A DNA stretch of 64,000 nt, taken from NCBI GenBank assembly GCA_958295675.1, contig OY282360.1, positions 358,394 through 422,393 of the forward strand, in the 5' to 3' direction. Under the pieces are notes generated by a model. That model was not told where the DNA came from. It ran no database searches and was given only the letters and a program-made list of their open reading frames with translations. The position numbers and the translations under genes are program-made. Positions 10,082 to 19,007 of this stretch are shown piece by piece (position 1 is the first letter of the stretch; every line of letters starts with the position of its first letter). This stretch comes from Minisyncoccota bacterium. GTDB lineage: Bacteria > Patescibacteriota > Minisyncoccia > Phycocordibacterales > JABAAK01.

Positions 10082-10873
10082 GTGAAACAACTCATCACCA
10101 CGGCTGTCATGGCCGTACTCGCATGCGTGAGCATGTCTGCCACCGCTTCGGACCGAGGTTTCATCTCGGATGTTTCGGTAGCCTACGGGTCGCTTCTCCC
10201 GGACGTGATGCCACAGAGCTTCACGGAAGACAGCCTCGTAGTCGCCAGACTCACCGTCGAGGGCAGCTTGATCGTACGCGGCGATACCCCGGTAGTCGCG
10301 GCGGATGTACACGTCAACAACTACGACTTCGGCGGCGCGCTGCGAATTCGGCAGTTCATGTCGATTTCGCAAGACCAGGCCTTGGTGAACGCGGAGGTTG
10401 CTCCCGAAACCGAGGAGAGTCAATCGCATTTCGCGTTCAGCGCGGACAATACCGTAGTGACCAACGCGGATTCCGGCGAGGAGTGGCGCGTTAGCTCCGT
10501 AACCTCCGCGGTTTACGGTGGCGTGCGCGTCGTCAGCGTCATTGTTGACCGCGTAAGGACGGACAATTTGGCAGAGGTGACTGTCACAGTCAAGGATGCC
10601 ACGGCATTGGTTGGTTCTTTTTCGAAAGATTCCGGTCCAGATCCCATCAAACACTTCGATCGCCTTCACAAGGGCGGTTTGGAGCGACGCGATGTCCGTA
10701 CCGTCCTGCGGAACATGATGGACCAAGAGTCCGAGATTGTTTCGGTAGAGGTCACCGGCGCACCGGAGGCGAACAGTATTCGCCTCATTGCCTCGCAGGG
10801 TGAGGAGTCGGCAGAGACACGAGTTGCCGTCACGGGCGACGATTACGACGGTTACAGAGTGGTCAACCTGTAA
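10082..10873 (+). CDS. lipoprotein (lipobox VLAC), variable N-terminal half, conserved C-terminal half; paralog 1
   Basis: GTG start 9 nt after AAAGGAG. Signal VKQLITTAVMAVLAC|VS. GC-rich (~60%) relative to flanks. An alternative in-frame ATG at 10001 would add a 27-aa extension. Confidence 0.6.
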   Translation: MKQLITTAVMAVLACVSMSATASDRGFISDVSVAYGSLLPDVMPQSFTEDSLVVARLTVEGSLIVRGDTPVVAADVHVNNYDFGGALRIRQFMSISQDQALVNAEVAPETEESQSHFAFSADNTVVTNADSGEEWRVSSVTSAVYGGVRVVSVIVDRVRTDNLAEVTVTVKDATALVGSFSKDSGPDPIKHFDRLHKGGLERRDVRTVLRNMMDQESEIVSVEVTGAPEANSIRLIASQGEESAETRVAVTGDDYDGYRVVNL

Positions 10874-10886
10874 CTAGCCGTTTCTT

Positions 10887-10927
10887 CGGCACCACAGACC
10901 CGAATACGCTTACAGCGTGTTCGGGTC
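10887..10927 (+). terminator. intrinsic terminator
   Basis: gacccgaatac-gcttacagc-gtgttcgggtc plus tttcttttt. Confidence 0.55.
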
Positions 10928-10977
10928 TTTCTTTTTGTACAAAATGTCTTTGTTTTACACTACATTTTCTTAAAAAA

Positions 10978-11013
10978 TTGACAATATATATATATATATA
11001 TATATGGTATAGT
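10978..11013 (+). promoter_or_regulatory. promoter with (AT)11 spacer tract (copy 2)
   Basis: TTGACA 10978-10983, (AT)11 10984-11005, TATAGT 11008-11013. Confidence 0.4.
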
Positions 11014-11146
11014 CCTTACTGGATGTAGAAACTTCCTTACTCTTGCTATCTGGTGTAAAGTATTGTATACTGTATATCAGACAGTGAGAGCAGGTTTCCT
11101 GTTTTTACTAAACCTTCACAACACTTTCACGAAAGGAGAAACTCTA

Positions 11147-11938
11147 GTGAAAAAACTCATCACCACGGCTGTCATGGCCGTACTCGCATGCGTGAGCATG
11201 TCTGCCATTGGTGCCGGTGTAAACCAGACCCACGAATTCGATCCGAAGGAGGGTATGTTGAGCATCGTCATGGGATCGATGTTTGACAATACGTTGATGT
11301 CCGCCACATCCGACCGCGGTGCCAGCAACCTCTTTGCGATCAGGCTCAGTGCTCCCGAATTGGTAGTTAGCGGGGATGCCGAAGTAGGTGTCTCAGATGC
11401 CAGGGGTGTTAGCAGCTTTGATTTTGGCGGCGGACATCTGGAGATCAGGCAAATCGTCTCCATTTCGAGAGATCAGGCGCTGGTGAATGCCAAAGTTCTT
11501 GAGGATGGTTCGTCGACACAAACCCAAGGTGCTCCGTTCTTCAATGAGGACGGCACTATGGTTAACATTCACGGTGACCAATGGCGTGTCCGCACTGTCT
11601 CTTCGGCAATCTATGACGGAACTCGAGTGGCGAGTTTCATCGTTGACCGTGTAACGGATGACAACCTTGCGAAAGTTACCGTCACGGTCAAGAATGCTAC
11701 GACGGCACTTATCGAAGACACTCATCACCTTCACAAGGGTGGTTTGGAGCGACGCGATGTCCGTGCCGTCTTGCGGAACATAATGGACCAGGAGTCTGAG
11801 ATTGTCTCCGTAGAGGTTACCGATGTTCCGGAGACGAACAGCATTCGCCTCGTTGCCCAGCAGGATGAAGAACTGGCAGAGACCCGAATTGCCGTCACAG
11901 GCGGCGATTACGAAGACTACATGGTCATCAGCCAATAG
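11147..11938 (+). CDS. lipoprotein paralog 2 (same signal peptide and C-terminal 110 aa, divergent N-terminal mature region)
   Basis: GTG after AAAGGAG. VKKLITTAVMAVLAC lipobox. C-terminus HLHKGGLERRDVRAVLRNIMDQESEIVSVEVT is about 90% identical to paralog 1. Confidence 0.6.
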   Translation: MKKLITTAVMAVLACVSMSAIGAGVNQTHEFDPKEGMLSIVMGSMFDNTLMSATSDRGASNLFAIRLSAPELVVSGDAEVGVSDARGVSSFDFGGGHLEIRQIVSISRDQALVNAKVLEDGSSTQTQGAPFFNEDGTMVNIHGDQWRVRTVSSAIYDGTRVASFIVDRVTDDNLAKVTVTVKNATTALIEDTHHLHKGGLERRDVRAVLRNIMDQESEIVSVEVTDVPETNSIRLVAQQDEELAETRIAVTGGDYEDYMVISQ

Positions 11939-11966
11939 TCAACCGTTCTTTTCCCTCGGCACCACA

Positions 11967-12006
11967 GACCCGAATACGCTTACAGCGTGTTCGGGTCTTT
12001 CTTTTT
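11967..12006 (+). terminator. intrinsic terminator (copy 2)
   Basis: Same hairpin plus T-run as 10887-10927. Confidence 0.55.
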
Positions 12007-12143
12007 GTACAAAATGTCTTTGTTTTACACTACATTATTCTTGCTGTCTGATGTAAAGTATTGTATACTATGCGTCAGGCAGTAAGAGCAGGTTTCCTGT
12101 TTTTGCTTCTAAACCTTCACACTTTCGCAAAGGGGAGATATCA

Positions 12144-12419
12144 ATGTCCCATCCAAGTTTGGAGCAAAAGGAGCCATGTGTGTCAGCTCATGCTGTCATG
12201 TTTGTGCTTGTTCACTGCTACGCTTTTGCAGGATTGCATTTCTTCCTTGATGATTCCAACAATTGGCTTCCGCTAATCCTTGGATGTCTTGGAAGTGTCG
12301 TAACGGCTTTGTCGCTGTTACTAAAACGGTCAGCGCAAGTGAATATTACACTCGGATTGTTGCTCGGGTTCCTTGCTTTTCTTGTCTTCTTTGGTGTGGT
12401 TCTTCCTTTTTCTAGATAA
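12144..12419 (+). CDS. small hydrophobic membrane protein occupying the lipoprotein slot of degenerate cassette 3
   Basis: 91 aa with 2-3 TM segments. Preceded by the conserved leader 3' portion and AAAGGGGAG. This unit has lost the promoter and AT tract. Confidence 0.35.
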   Translation: MSHPSLEQKEPCVSAHAVMFVLVHCYAFAGLHFFLDDSNNWLPLILGCLGSVVTALSLLLKRSAQVNITLGLLLGFLAFLVFFGVVLPFSR

Positions 12420-12465
12420 GGATTGTGCAACGCCGTTGCTGTAAACACGGATTCCAGTAAACAAT

Positions 12466-12580
12466 GGCGTGTCAACACTGTCTCTTCGGTGGTCTACGAT
12501 GGAACTCGGGTGATGAACGGCGAAGACCTTCTTTACCGTCGACAGCGATTACAACGGTTACAGAGTGGTCAACCTGTAAC
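12466..12580 (+). pseudogene. remnant of a third lipoprotein paralog (internal deletion, frameshift)
   Basis: QWRVNTVSSVVYDGTRV and the ...DYNGYRVVNL tail match the paralog C-terminus but are joined by a short out-of-frame linker. Confidence 0.5.
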
Positions 12581-12602
12581 TAGCCGTTTCTTCGGCACCA
12601 CG

Positions 12603-12642
12603 GACCCGAATACGCTTACAGCGTGTTCGGGTCTTTCTTTTT
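12603..12642 (+). terminator. intrinsic terminator (copy 3)
   Basis: Same hairpin plus T-run. Confidence 0.5.
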
Positions 12643-12721
12643 GTACAAAATATCTTGAGCGTGAACTATATATATGCGCGACATTGGAAATATGCAGAAT
12701 AGATACACCCTCCTCTTCCCT

Positions 12722-13039
12722 TTATTTTATTGTATTGATTCGAACACGACAAAATGGCTGTCGGTGTCCGTAATGCCGACGGTAGTTTGACTTTGCCCGA
12801 AAGCGGATAACAGAAATCTTCTTTTGCTTTCCTACTTTCTCCACAGTACCAGTTACTGTTTTGCCGGTAATATACGGTTTTCCGATGTCAGTTTTTGTAC
12901 CGTCATCAAAAAGAAGCACTTTATCAAAAGTGACGGTCTTCCCTTCCTCGCATCCGGGAAATATTTCAATATCAAGAACCGTGTTATCATGCACACAGTA
13001 TTGCTTGCCGCCTGTTTGTATAACTGCAAGATTATTCAT
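12722..13039 (-). CDS. rplU: 50S ribosomal protein L21
   Basis: 105 aa. AVIQTGGKQYCV...FDKVLLFDDG...GHRQPF is the L21 signature. Confidence 0.85.
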   Translation of the reverse strand: MNNLAVIQTGGKQYCVHDNTVLDIEIFPGCEEGKTVTFDKVLLFDDGTKTDIGKPYITGKTVTGTVEKVGKQKKISVIRFRAKSNYRRHYGHRQPFCRVRINTIK

Positions 13040-13065
13040 AACAATTGTATAGTAGAGTATATAGA

Positions 13066-13101
13066 ATATTTTTTCAAGAAAATACCGCCTTTTCAGGCGG
13101 T
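13066..13101 (-). terminator. intrinsic terminator downstream of murF
   Basis: accgcct-tttc-aggcggt hairpin followed on the minus strand by a U-rich tract. Confidence 0.4.
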
Positions 13102-13313
13102 GTTGGTGAGCCGGAGGGGAATCAAATGAATCAAGATCGTTCTGTCCATGAACAAGAGCAATCCTTCCTCCTTTGTCAATGCATTCCCCCGCCAGCTCTC
13201 AAACAATATACACCTTTTGTATATAAAATGTCAAGAAGTTAATTAATTCAAAATCACAACGATATTTTATCATTCTGTCAAATTAGTATGTATCAATACA
13301 TGCGAGCACTTTC

Positions 13314-14573
13314 CTACCCTTCCCGTTTCCAGTGTGACTCCTGGCGGACAAGATGTTTCTTCGGATCGGTATCCGGCGCAAGAAGGGCTTCTGTGATATA
13401 TTCAAGTCGCGCAATCTGTGAACCTTTGCAGAAAAAAACAGTATCAGTGTCGGCAAGCTCCTTGCATTTTTTTACGATAAGATGATGATTTTTAAGGTAG
13501 TGTGTATTTGGTCCGTTGCCATAATACGCATCACCGGCCACAAACACATGGTGCGCTATTTCTTCAGCCATATTCCCAAGTATTCGGTGCATGTCTTCTG
13601 AATCGGGACCGAGTTGCGCCATAACGCCGAGGATAGCGATTTTTTTTTGCTTTTCCAATACCGCGAGTGTGCGCAATGCTTCCTCCATTGCGATTGGTGA
13701 TGCATTGTATGAGTCGTCAATAATAGTGCTGCCGTTATATCCCGGCAGGATGCGCATTCTGCCGGGTGTCGGATGGCGCGAGGCGATTGCTCGGCGTATA
13801 GTTTGCATGGGAATAACTTCGTATAAATTGACAATTGTAGTTACCGCCGCGATGAATGATTGTACAACGCCCGTACCGAGTGTTTCAGGGATGTAGAATG
13901 GTTCCTGCTCACCGTTCAGTGATAGGACTACATCCATACCGACAGGGTTATGACCGTCATAATGAATGCGTGTTTCTTCAATAAAGATAGAATCAGAATT
14001 AAACGCTCGCAGAGAAATAGTATCCGGCATATCCGCTATATACATTTTTTGAATATCATCCTCCGCGTTATACACGGCTATGCCGTCCTTTTTGACTGCG
14101 CGAAGCAAAGACATTTTTTCTTGGTACAATGATTCTTTATCCGGAAAATTCTCAAGATGGACAGGATTTGCGGGTAAGCGTGTCAGCACTGCCATGTCCG
14201 GTCTCAGCCAGCGAACAATGTTTGCTATATCTCCCGGTGTTTCCAGACCGACTTCCAGCACGACGAATTTTGGCATACTGAAAAGCATTCTGAAAAAAGC
14301 GACGCAGAGAACATATATCCAAATGAACGGGTTACGCATACCCGTCGGCAAATCAAAAATACTGAGCGGCACACCGAACTCGCCGTTGTAACTCTTGCGG
14401 CTGCTGCGAACCGGCATGCCTGCCGTCCGCAGAATACCGGCAATCATATCCTTGGTTGTGGTTTTCCCGACACTGCCGGTAATAGCGATTATGAACGGTT
14501 TATGTATCTTTAAGGCGGTGCGGGCGAAAGCGGTCAGGAGAAACAGAATAACGGTACTAAATATTTTTTTCAT
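13314..14573 (-). CDS. murF: Mur ligase, most similar to UDP-MurNAc-tripeptide--D-Ala-D-Ala ligase MurF
   Basis: ITGSVGKTTTK P-loop, DDSYNASPIAM and AILGVMAQLG. Start set at MKKIFSTV (14573). Confidence 0.7.
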   Translation of the reverse strand: MKKIFSTVILFLLTAFARTALKIHKPFIIAITGSVGKTTTKDMIAGILRTAGMPVRSSRKSYNGEFGVPLSIFDLPTGMRNPFIWIYVLCVAFFRMLFSMPKFVVLEVGLETPGDIANIVRWLRPDMAVLTRLPANPVHLENFPDKESLYQEKMSLLRAVKKDGIAVYNAEDDIQKMYIADMPDTISLRAFNSDSIFIEETRIHYDGHNPVGMDVVLSLNGEQEPFYIPETLGTGVVQSFIAAVTTIVNLYEVIPMQTIRRAIASRHPTPGRMRILPGYNGSTIIDDSYNASPIAMEEALRTLAVLEKQKKIAILGVMAQLGPDSEDMHRILGNMAEEIAHHVFVAGDAYYGNGPNTHYLKNHHLIVKKCKELADTDTVFFCKGSQIARLEYITEALLAPDTDPKKHLVRQESHWKREG

Positions 14574-14597
14574 ATATAGTACACACAGTATATCATG

Positions 14598-14673
14598 TGG
14601 AGCCACCTGTCGGATTTGAACCGACGACCTACGCATTACAAGTGCGTTGCTCTACCAACTGAGCTAAGGTGGC
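14598..14673 (-). tRNA. tRNA-Thr (anticodon UGU)
   Basis: Cloverleaf: acceptor gccacct/aggtggc, anticodon loop cuUGUaa, T-loop ttcaaat, CCA encoded. Confidence 0.8.
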
Positions 14674-14758
14674 ATCACGGACAGTATATACCACAACGAT
14701 ATACCAAAAAATACCTGCCCAATCTTACGATTTAGCAGGTAATGGTGCTGTCATCCCA

Positions 14759-15004
14759 TTACATAACGCACACAGCGTACAGAATGACGGACACAAGTAT
14801 CACAATGGTGAAGAACCAGTTTCTGTTCCCTGCCGGAATGGTCGTCGATGGTGATTTGTATTCAACAAGCACCCGAACAAGTACCGCTCCCGCAAGCGTA
14901 ATGCCGCAGTATAGCGGCCATCGATTACCTGACACCGCAGCCGCTTCAAAAGCGATCCAAACAAGAACAGCGGCAAGGACACATAGGCAGAAAACCCCAA
15001 ACAT
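14759..15004 (-). CDS. small membrane protein (3 TM)
   Basis: 81 aa, MFGVFCLCVLAAVLVW.... The longer track ORF overlaps the upstream gene, so this start was chosen. Confidence 0.35.
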   Translation of the reverse strand: MFGVFCLCVLAAVLVWIAFEAAAVSGNRWPLYCGITLAGAVLVRVLVEYKSPSTTIPAGNRNWFFTIVILVSVILYAVCVM

Positions 15005-15156
15005 TCTGCTTTCTTTTGAAGATTCTTTTACCTTTTCCGCTGTCGCTATTTTTGGTGTTTGCACATACGCCTCCTCTTTTTCAAAATGACCGATGGTATA
15101 TATTATATATAAAGTTTTATAAAAAGTATACCCACCGTCGCCGGTGGGTAATTGTG

Positions 15157-15495
15157 TCAGGGAATGCATTGGAGAAGACGCTCCAGCATGGATATCGCTC
15201 CTCGGAGATATATGATCCATCCGAGCAGGAGAACCAGAGTTGTCCCAAGAGATAAACCATGGCGCATCTTCATGAAGTGATGGGCTAACCACCACAGCGC
15301 AAAAGGTGCGGAAAAAGCACACCAGACAAAGGAAATGAAGGCGAAGGTTTGAAGGGCCGGCAAAAACTGAATGAACTCAACAAGTGCCATAATGAAACCT
15401 ACGAGAACAAACTTCCCGATAAGTCCCATACTGCCGATCAAATCTTCCCTGTGTTCCATTTCCATCTCGTATTCCAGTTTTTCGGGTTCGGGCAT
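15157..15495 (-). CDS. small membrane protein
   Basis: 112 aa from MPEPEKLEYEME. GGAGGA RBS 5 nt upstream. Three hydrophobic helices. Confidence 0.45.
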   Translation of the reverse strand: MPEPEKLEYEMEMEHREDLIGSMGLIGKFVLVGFIMALVEFIQFLPALQTFAFISFVWCAFSAPFALWWLAHHFMKMRHGLSLGTTLVLLLGWIIYLRGAISMLERLLQCIP

Positions 15496-15552
15496 TAAAA
15501 TCCTCCGTTTACTTGAAACTACCCTGCAGTATAGTATATCACACAAAACAAA

Positions 15553-16005
15553 TCAGTTCAAACATTCATTTGCAATTCGGGAAACAACTGAACCGTCTGC
15601 CTGTCCCTTTAGTTTTTGCATCACTGCCTTCATCAACGCACCAATATCTTTTTTTTCAGATACGCCAAGTTCATCCCGTGTTTTTATAACAATAGTTCTC
15701 ACTTCATCTTCAGGCATTGTCGGCGGCAGGTATGATTCCAGGATACCCTTTTCGGAATCTTCAGCGGCAGCTCGTTCCTCCTGACTTGCGTTTCTGTACT
15801 GTGTCGCGGATTCTTGCCGCTGCTTCACCAGTCGTTTTAGAACAGCCGCGGTCTCTTCATCCGTCAGTTTTTCCGTCGGCTTTTTACCTTTTTCCACAAG
15901 TGTATTTGTGCATGCGGTCAATGCGAGGCGTAAGGTCTGCAGCCGAACAGCATCCTTTGCTTTCATTGCCGCCTGCATGTCAGTTCTGAGTGTGTCGTGC
16001 AACAT
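15553..16005 (-). CDS. yqeY: GatB/YqeY domain protein
   Basis: 150 aa. DMQAAMKAKD..RL..LRL, LKRLVKQRQES and KDIGALMKAVMQKLKGQADG match the YqeY family. Confidence 0.75.
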   Translation of the reverse strand: MLHDTLRTDMQAAMKAKDAVRLQTLRLALTACTNTLVEKGKKPTEKLTDEETAAVLKRLVKQRQESATQYRNASQEERAAAEDSEKGILESYLPPTMPEDEVRTIVIKTRDELGVSEKKDIGALMKAVMQKLKGQADGSVVSRIANECLN

Positions 16006-16031
16006 ATAGAAATACAGTATAGCAGAGAATG

Positions 16032-17075
16032 TTACTCTTTTTCCGCGCTGTGCGGACGGTCAAGCAGTTCTTTACTGTATTCCCCTCCTTCACCGGTTAT
16101 TTTAAAGACATCCTTATCAATCATATCGTATTGCTGTTCCGTTTTGTTATAATGGTTCACCGCGGTACCGAGCGCTCTGCCGACACCATGAAAAGCATTT
16201 GAATGGGTTTCAAGATGATTTTTGAGTTTCACAACCTGTTTCATAATTTCCTGCGCATGTTTTTCCACCTTTAACGCGCGCAATCCGAGGTTGACGGTCT
16301 GCAGGTACGCTAATAGTGTGGTCGGTGAGACAATAATCACACGATGCTGATTAAATGCGTATTCCAGTAAATTCTCCGCACCTCCGGATCCTGATCCTAT
16401 TTTTTGTGTGAGTAAGTCGTAGTACAGCGATTCAGACGGTATGAACATAAACGCATGATCTAATGTATTTTCTTTTGGCAGAATATATTTCGCTGTCTCT
16501 TGTATGCGTTTTTTCAGATCTTCTTTCAGAGTTTTTTCAATCTGCTGCGGATTTTCCTCCTCACCGCTGAGTAGTTTTGTATAGTTGTCCAGTGAGAACT
16601 TCGCGTCAATGCTTATCATTTTCTTATTTTCCAAAAATATGACCGCGTCCGCCCGTACTCCGCCGCTGAATGTATATTGCGTTGCGTAACTGTCGGGCGG
16701 TAGCACATTGGCAATAACCTGTTCAAGCACATATTCACCGACCGCGCCCCGCCGCTGCGGGTTTTTTAGAGTGCGTTCTAATGCCTGCAATTGTTCGGTG
16801 AATGACAGCATTTCCCTGCCGGTTGCCTTCACTTCAGTTAATTCTTTAGTGATGTCGGTGATGAGTTTGTTTGAAGATTCAAACTGCTTATGCATCATTT
16901 TTTGCATAGATTCTGTGGTTTGATACAGGCGGGTGTCCATGGTTTTCTGCAGATCATGGAGTCGCGCATCAAACACCTTGCCTCCGTCATCAGTATCTTT
17001 TTTCCGCACAATAAATGCTAACAGTGCGATAACCGGGATAAACAAGATGATAATAAGAATAGTATTTATATCCAT
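16032..17075 (-). CDS. rmuC: DNA recombination protein RmuC
   Basis: N-terminal TM, coiled coil, C-terminal RmuC nuclease-like core (FMFIPSESLYYDLL, VIIVSPTTLLAYL). Confidence 0.8.
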   Translation of the reverse strand: MDINTILIIILFIPVIALLAFIVRKKDTDDGGKVFDARLHDLQKTMDTRLYQTTESMQKMMHKQFESSNKLITDITKELTEVKATGREMLSFTEQLQALERTLKNPQRRGAVGEYVLEQVIANVLPPDSYATQYTFSGGVRADAVIFLENKKMISIDAKFSLDNYTKLLSGEEENPQQIEKTLKEDLKKRIQETAKYILPKENTLDHAFMFIPSESLYYDLLTQKIGSGSGGAENLLEYAFNQHRVIIVSPTTLLAYLQTVNLGLRALKVEKHAQEIMKQVVKLKNHLETHSNAFHGVGRALGTAVNHYNKTEQQYDMIDKDVFKITGEGGEYSKELLDRPHSAEKE

Positions 17076-17159
17076 AGTTTCAGTATATAAGAATATGGGA
17101 AGATTATACTAATAAAGACAGGAAATATGCTCAATTTCCGTTATTCAAGCGGAGGGGGA

Positions 17160-17250
17160 GGGATTCGAACCCTCGATACGGTGTTTAAACCATATACCGG
17201 TTTTCGAGACCGGCGCCTTCAACCGCTCAGCCACCCCTCCTGCAACACGG
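17160..17250 (-). tRNA. tRNA-Ser (anticodon CGA), class II long variable arm
   Basis: Acceptor ggagggg/cccctcc, anticodon loop cuCGAaa, long variable arm, T-loop gttcgaat. Confidence 0.75.
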
Positions 17251-17267
17251 TACCATATTCCGCCCGG

Positions 17268-19004
17268 TTACCTGTCCGGCGGTATCGCATAGTATGCGAT
17301 AAGAAAGTCAGTCAGGTCGCTGAACGGTCGCGCAAGAGTTTCGGAGGCAAATTTCGCTTTCGGATCCACCGCGAAAAGGAAAATAATATATTGCGGATCC
17401 CGTGCCGGGAAGTAACCGAAGAAAGAATGTAGAAATTTACCCTCGGCATATTCACCGGTCGCCGGATCCACAAGTTGCGCGGTACCTGTTTTTGCCGCGA
17501 TACTGTATTGAGGATTACGCAGTAAACCGCCGAGCATGGCATAATCATACACACGAATGAGATATTCAGTCACCTGATCCGTTATTTTTTCACGAAAAAT
17601 CCGTTTTCGTTCTCTGGTATTCTTAGTGAGTGTGCCGCTGATGAGACCGCCTTTGCGGGGTTGTTCAACGCGCGAGAGGACATGCGGTTCAACAATAAAT
17701 CCGCCATTTGCCAAGGAAGAAAATGCTTTTGCGGCGGCAATGGGAGTGATAGCGATACCATGTCCGTAGGATGCGGTAGCGAATTCAATCTCCTGTCCGG
17801 TCTCCAGATTGTCCACAAGCCCGGGAATCTCTTTTGGCAAATCTATTCTGGTCACATCATTAAAACGAAATCGATCAAGATAATCCTTATACACACCGAT
17901 GGTTGTTTTTTGCAGCAAGAATACAGCACCGGTGTTGAGCGATTGAGAAAGGATGGTTTGAATAGGAATATTCTTGCCGCGCCCAACGCCGTCATAGTTT
18001 GAAATAGTTCTGTTATCTATGGTCAAACTCCCGTGATCCGTGTAGGTGTCGTTTCTTGATACTCTGCCGGAATCAAGACCGATAGCGACAGTCAGTGCTT
18101 TAAAAACAGATCCCATTTCGTACACATCCTGCACATTTGGGTTATTGAAAACACGGTAGTCCGCAACCTTACTAAAGTTATTCGGGTCAAAAGTCGGCAC
18201 TGCCCCCATTGCTATCACTGAACCGTCATGAGGATTCATAACAATACCGCCGACCTTTTTTGCTCCCCACTTTTGTTTCACATTCCTGAGTTGTGTTTCA
18301 ATTTCTTTCTGAACATTAATATCTATCGTCAGAAATACATTACCTGCCCTATCGGATCCGCGAGGCGGAAGTTCGTTAAGTTGCTCAAGTAAGGTGTCTC
18401 CGGGAGATTGTGCTGTTTTATTGGATGCCGTGAGTACATCATTAAAAGTATTCTCAATTCCGTATTGTCCCAGAGTTGTGTCATTGTCGTCAACGGAGAC
18501 AAAACCGATAACATGAGAACCCAATGAACCGTGTATGTACTCCCGTTTTTTAAAAGATTCAAGCCATACACCTGTCAGATCATAATCCGAAATCCGTTTC
18601 TCTATCCGTTCCCGAACGGACTCCGGAAGATCGCGTTTAATAATCTCATATTGGCTCTCATCGTTCTGTATTTTAGAAAAGAATATATCCTGATCCAGAT
18701 CAATCTCTTCGCTCAAATGTTCATAAATTTCTTTAGAATCCCCGAGTTGAAGCGGTGAAATGACCAAATTGTAACCAAAGTGTGTTGATGCAACCAAATG
18801 ATCCGCGTCATTTTTATCGGTGAAGAAAATATGTCCGCGGTCGCCGACACTCCGAAACGGCAATCGTATTTCAATGGATCCTTCCACGCGTTTATTAAAT
18901 TGATTGTCGTACAGCAGATATACCGCCAGCAGCGCAAAAATACATACACAATAAAACGGTATATACGGATTATTAAATATTTTGTGAATACGCGGTATGT
19001 TCAT
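17268..19004 (-). CDS. ftsI: penicillin-binding protein transpeptidase (FtsI-like, class B PBP)
   Basis: N-terminal TM, SVFK (SxxK) and KTGTAQ (KTG). Located at the end of a dcw-type cluster. Confidence 0.75.
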   Translation of the reverse strand: MNIPRIHKIFNNPYIPFYCVCIFALLAVYLLYDNQFNKRVEGSIEIRLPFRSVGDRGHIFFTDKNDADHLVASTHFGYNLVISPLQLGDSKEIYEHLSEEIDLDQDIFFSKIQNDESQYEIIKRDLPESVRERIEKRISDYDLTGVWLESFKKREYIHGSLGSHVIGFVSVDDNDTTLGQYGIENTFNDVLTASNKTAQSPGDTLLEQLNELPPRGSDRAGNVFLTIDINVQKEIETQLRNVKQKWGAKKVGGIVMNPHDGSVIAMGAVPTFDPNNFSKVADYRVFNNPNVQDVYEMGSVFKALTVAIGLDSGRVSRNDTYTDHGSLTIDNRTISNYDGVGRGKNIPIQTILSQSLNTGAVFLLQKTTIGVYKDYLDRFRFNDVTRIDLPKEIPGLVDNLETGQEIEFATASYGHGIAITPIAAAKAFSSLANGGFIVEPHVLSRVEQPRKGGLISGTLTKNTRERKRIFREKITDQVTEYLIRVYDYAMLGGLLRNPQYSIAAKTGTAQLVDPATGEYAEGKFLHSFFGYFPARDPQYIIFLFAVDPKAKFASETLARPFSDLTDFLIAYYAIPPDR

Positions 19005-19007
19005 ACG

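Larger units (their letters stand above)
9904..10965 (+). repeat. tandem cassette unit 1 (promoter + long leader + lipoprotein gene + terminator), ~1062 bp
   Basis: Near-identical 5' 240 bp, and 3' half, to unit 2 (10966-12036). Confidence 0.7.
10966..12036 (+). repeat. tandem cassette unit 2
   Basis: Direct repeat of unit 1. The central ~400 bp diverged. Confidence 0.7.

Noticed and set aside
10079-11935. Antisense ORFs 10079..10726 (215 aa) and 11393..11935 (180 aa).
   Set aside because: They are embedded in the GC-rich lipoprotein genes and have no RBS or homology. They are a compositional artefact.
14580-17260. tRNA-adjacent regions considered as possible integrated mobile elements.
   Set aside because: No integrase, transposase or direct repeats of tRNA 3' ends were found. 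The flanking genes are housekeeping.
17127-17432. Plus-strand ORF 17127..17432.
   Set aside because: It overlaps tRNA-Ser(CGA) and the start of ftsI. Spurious.
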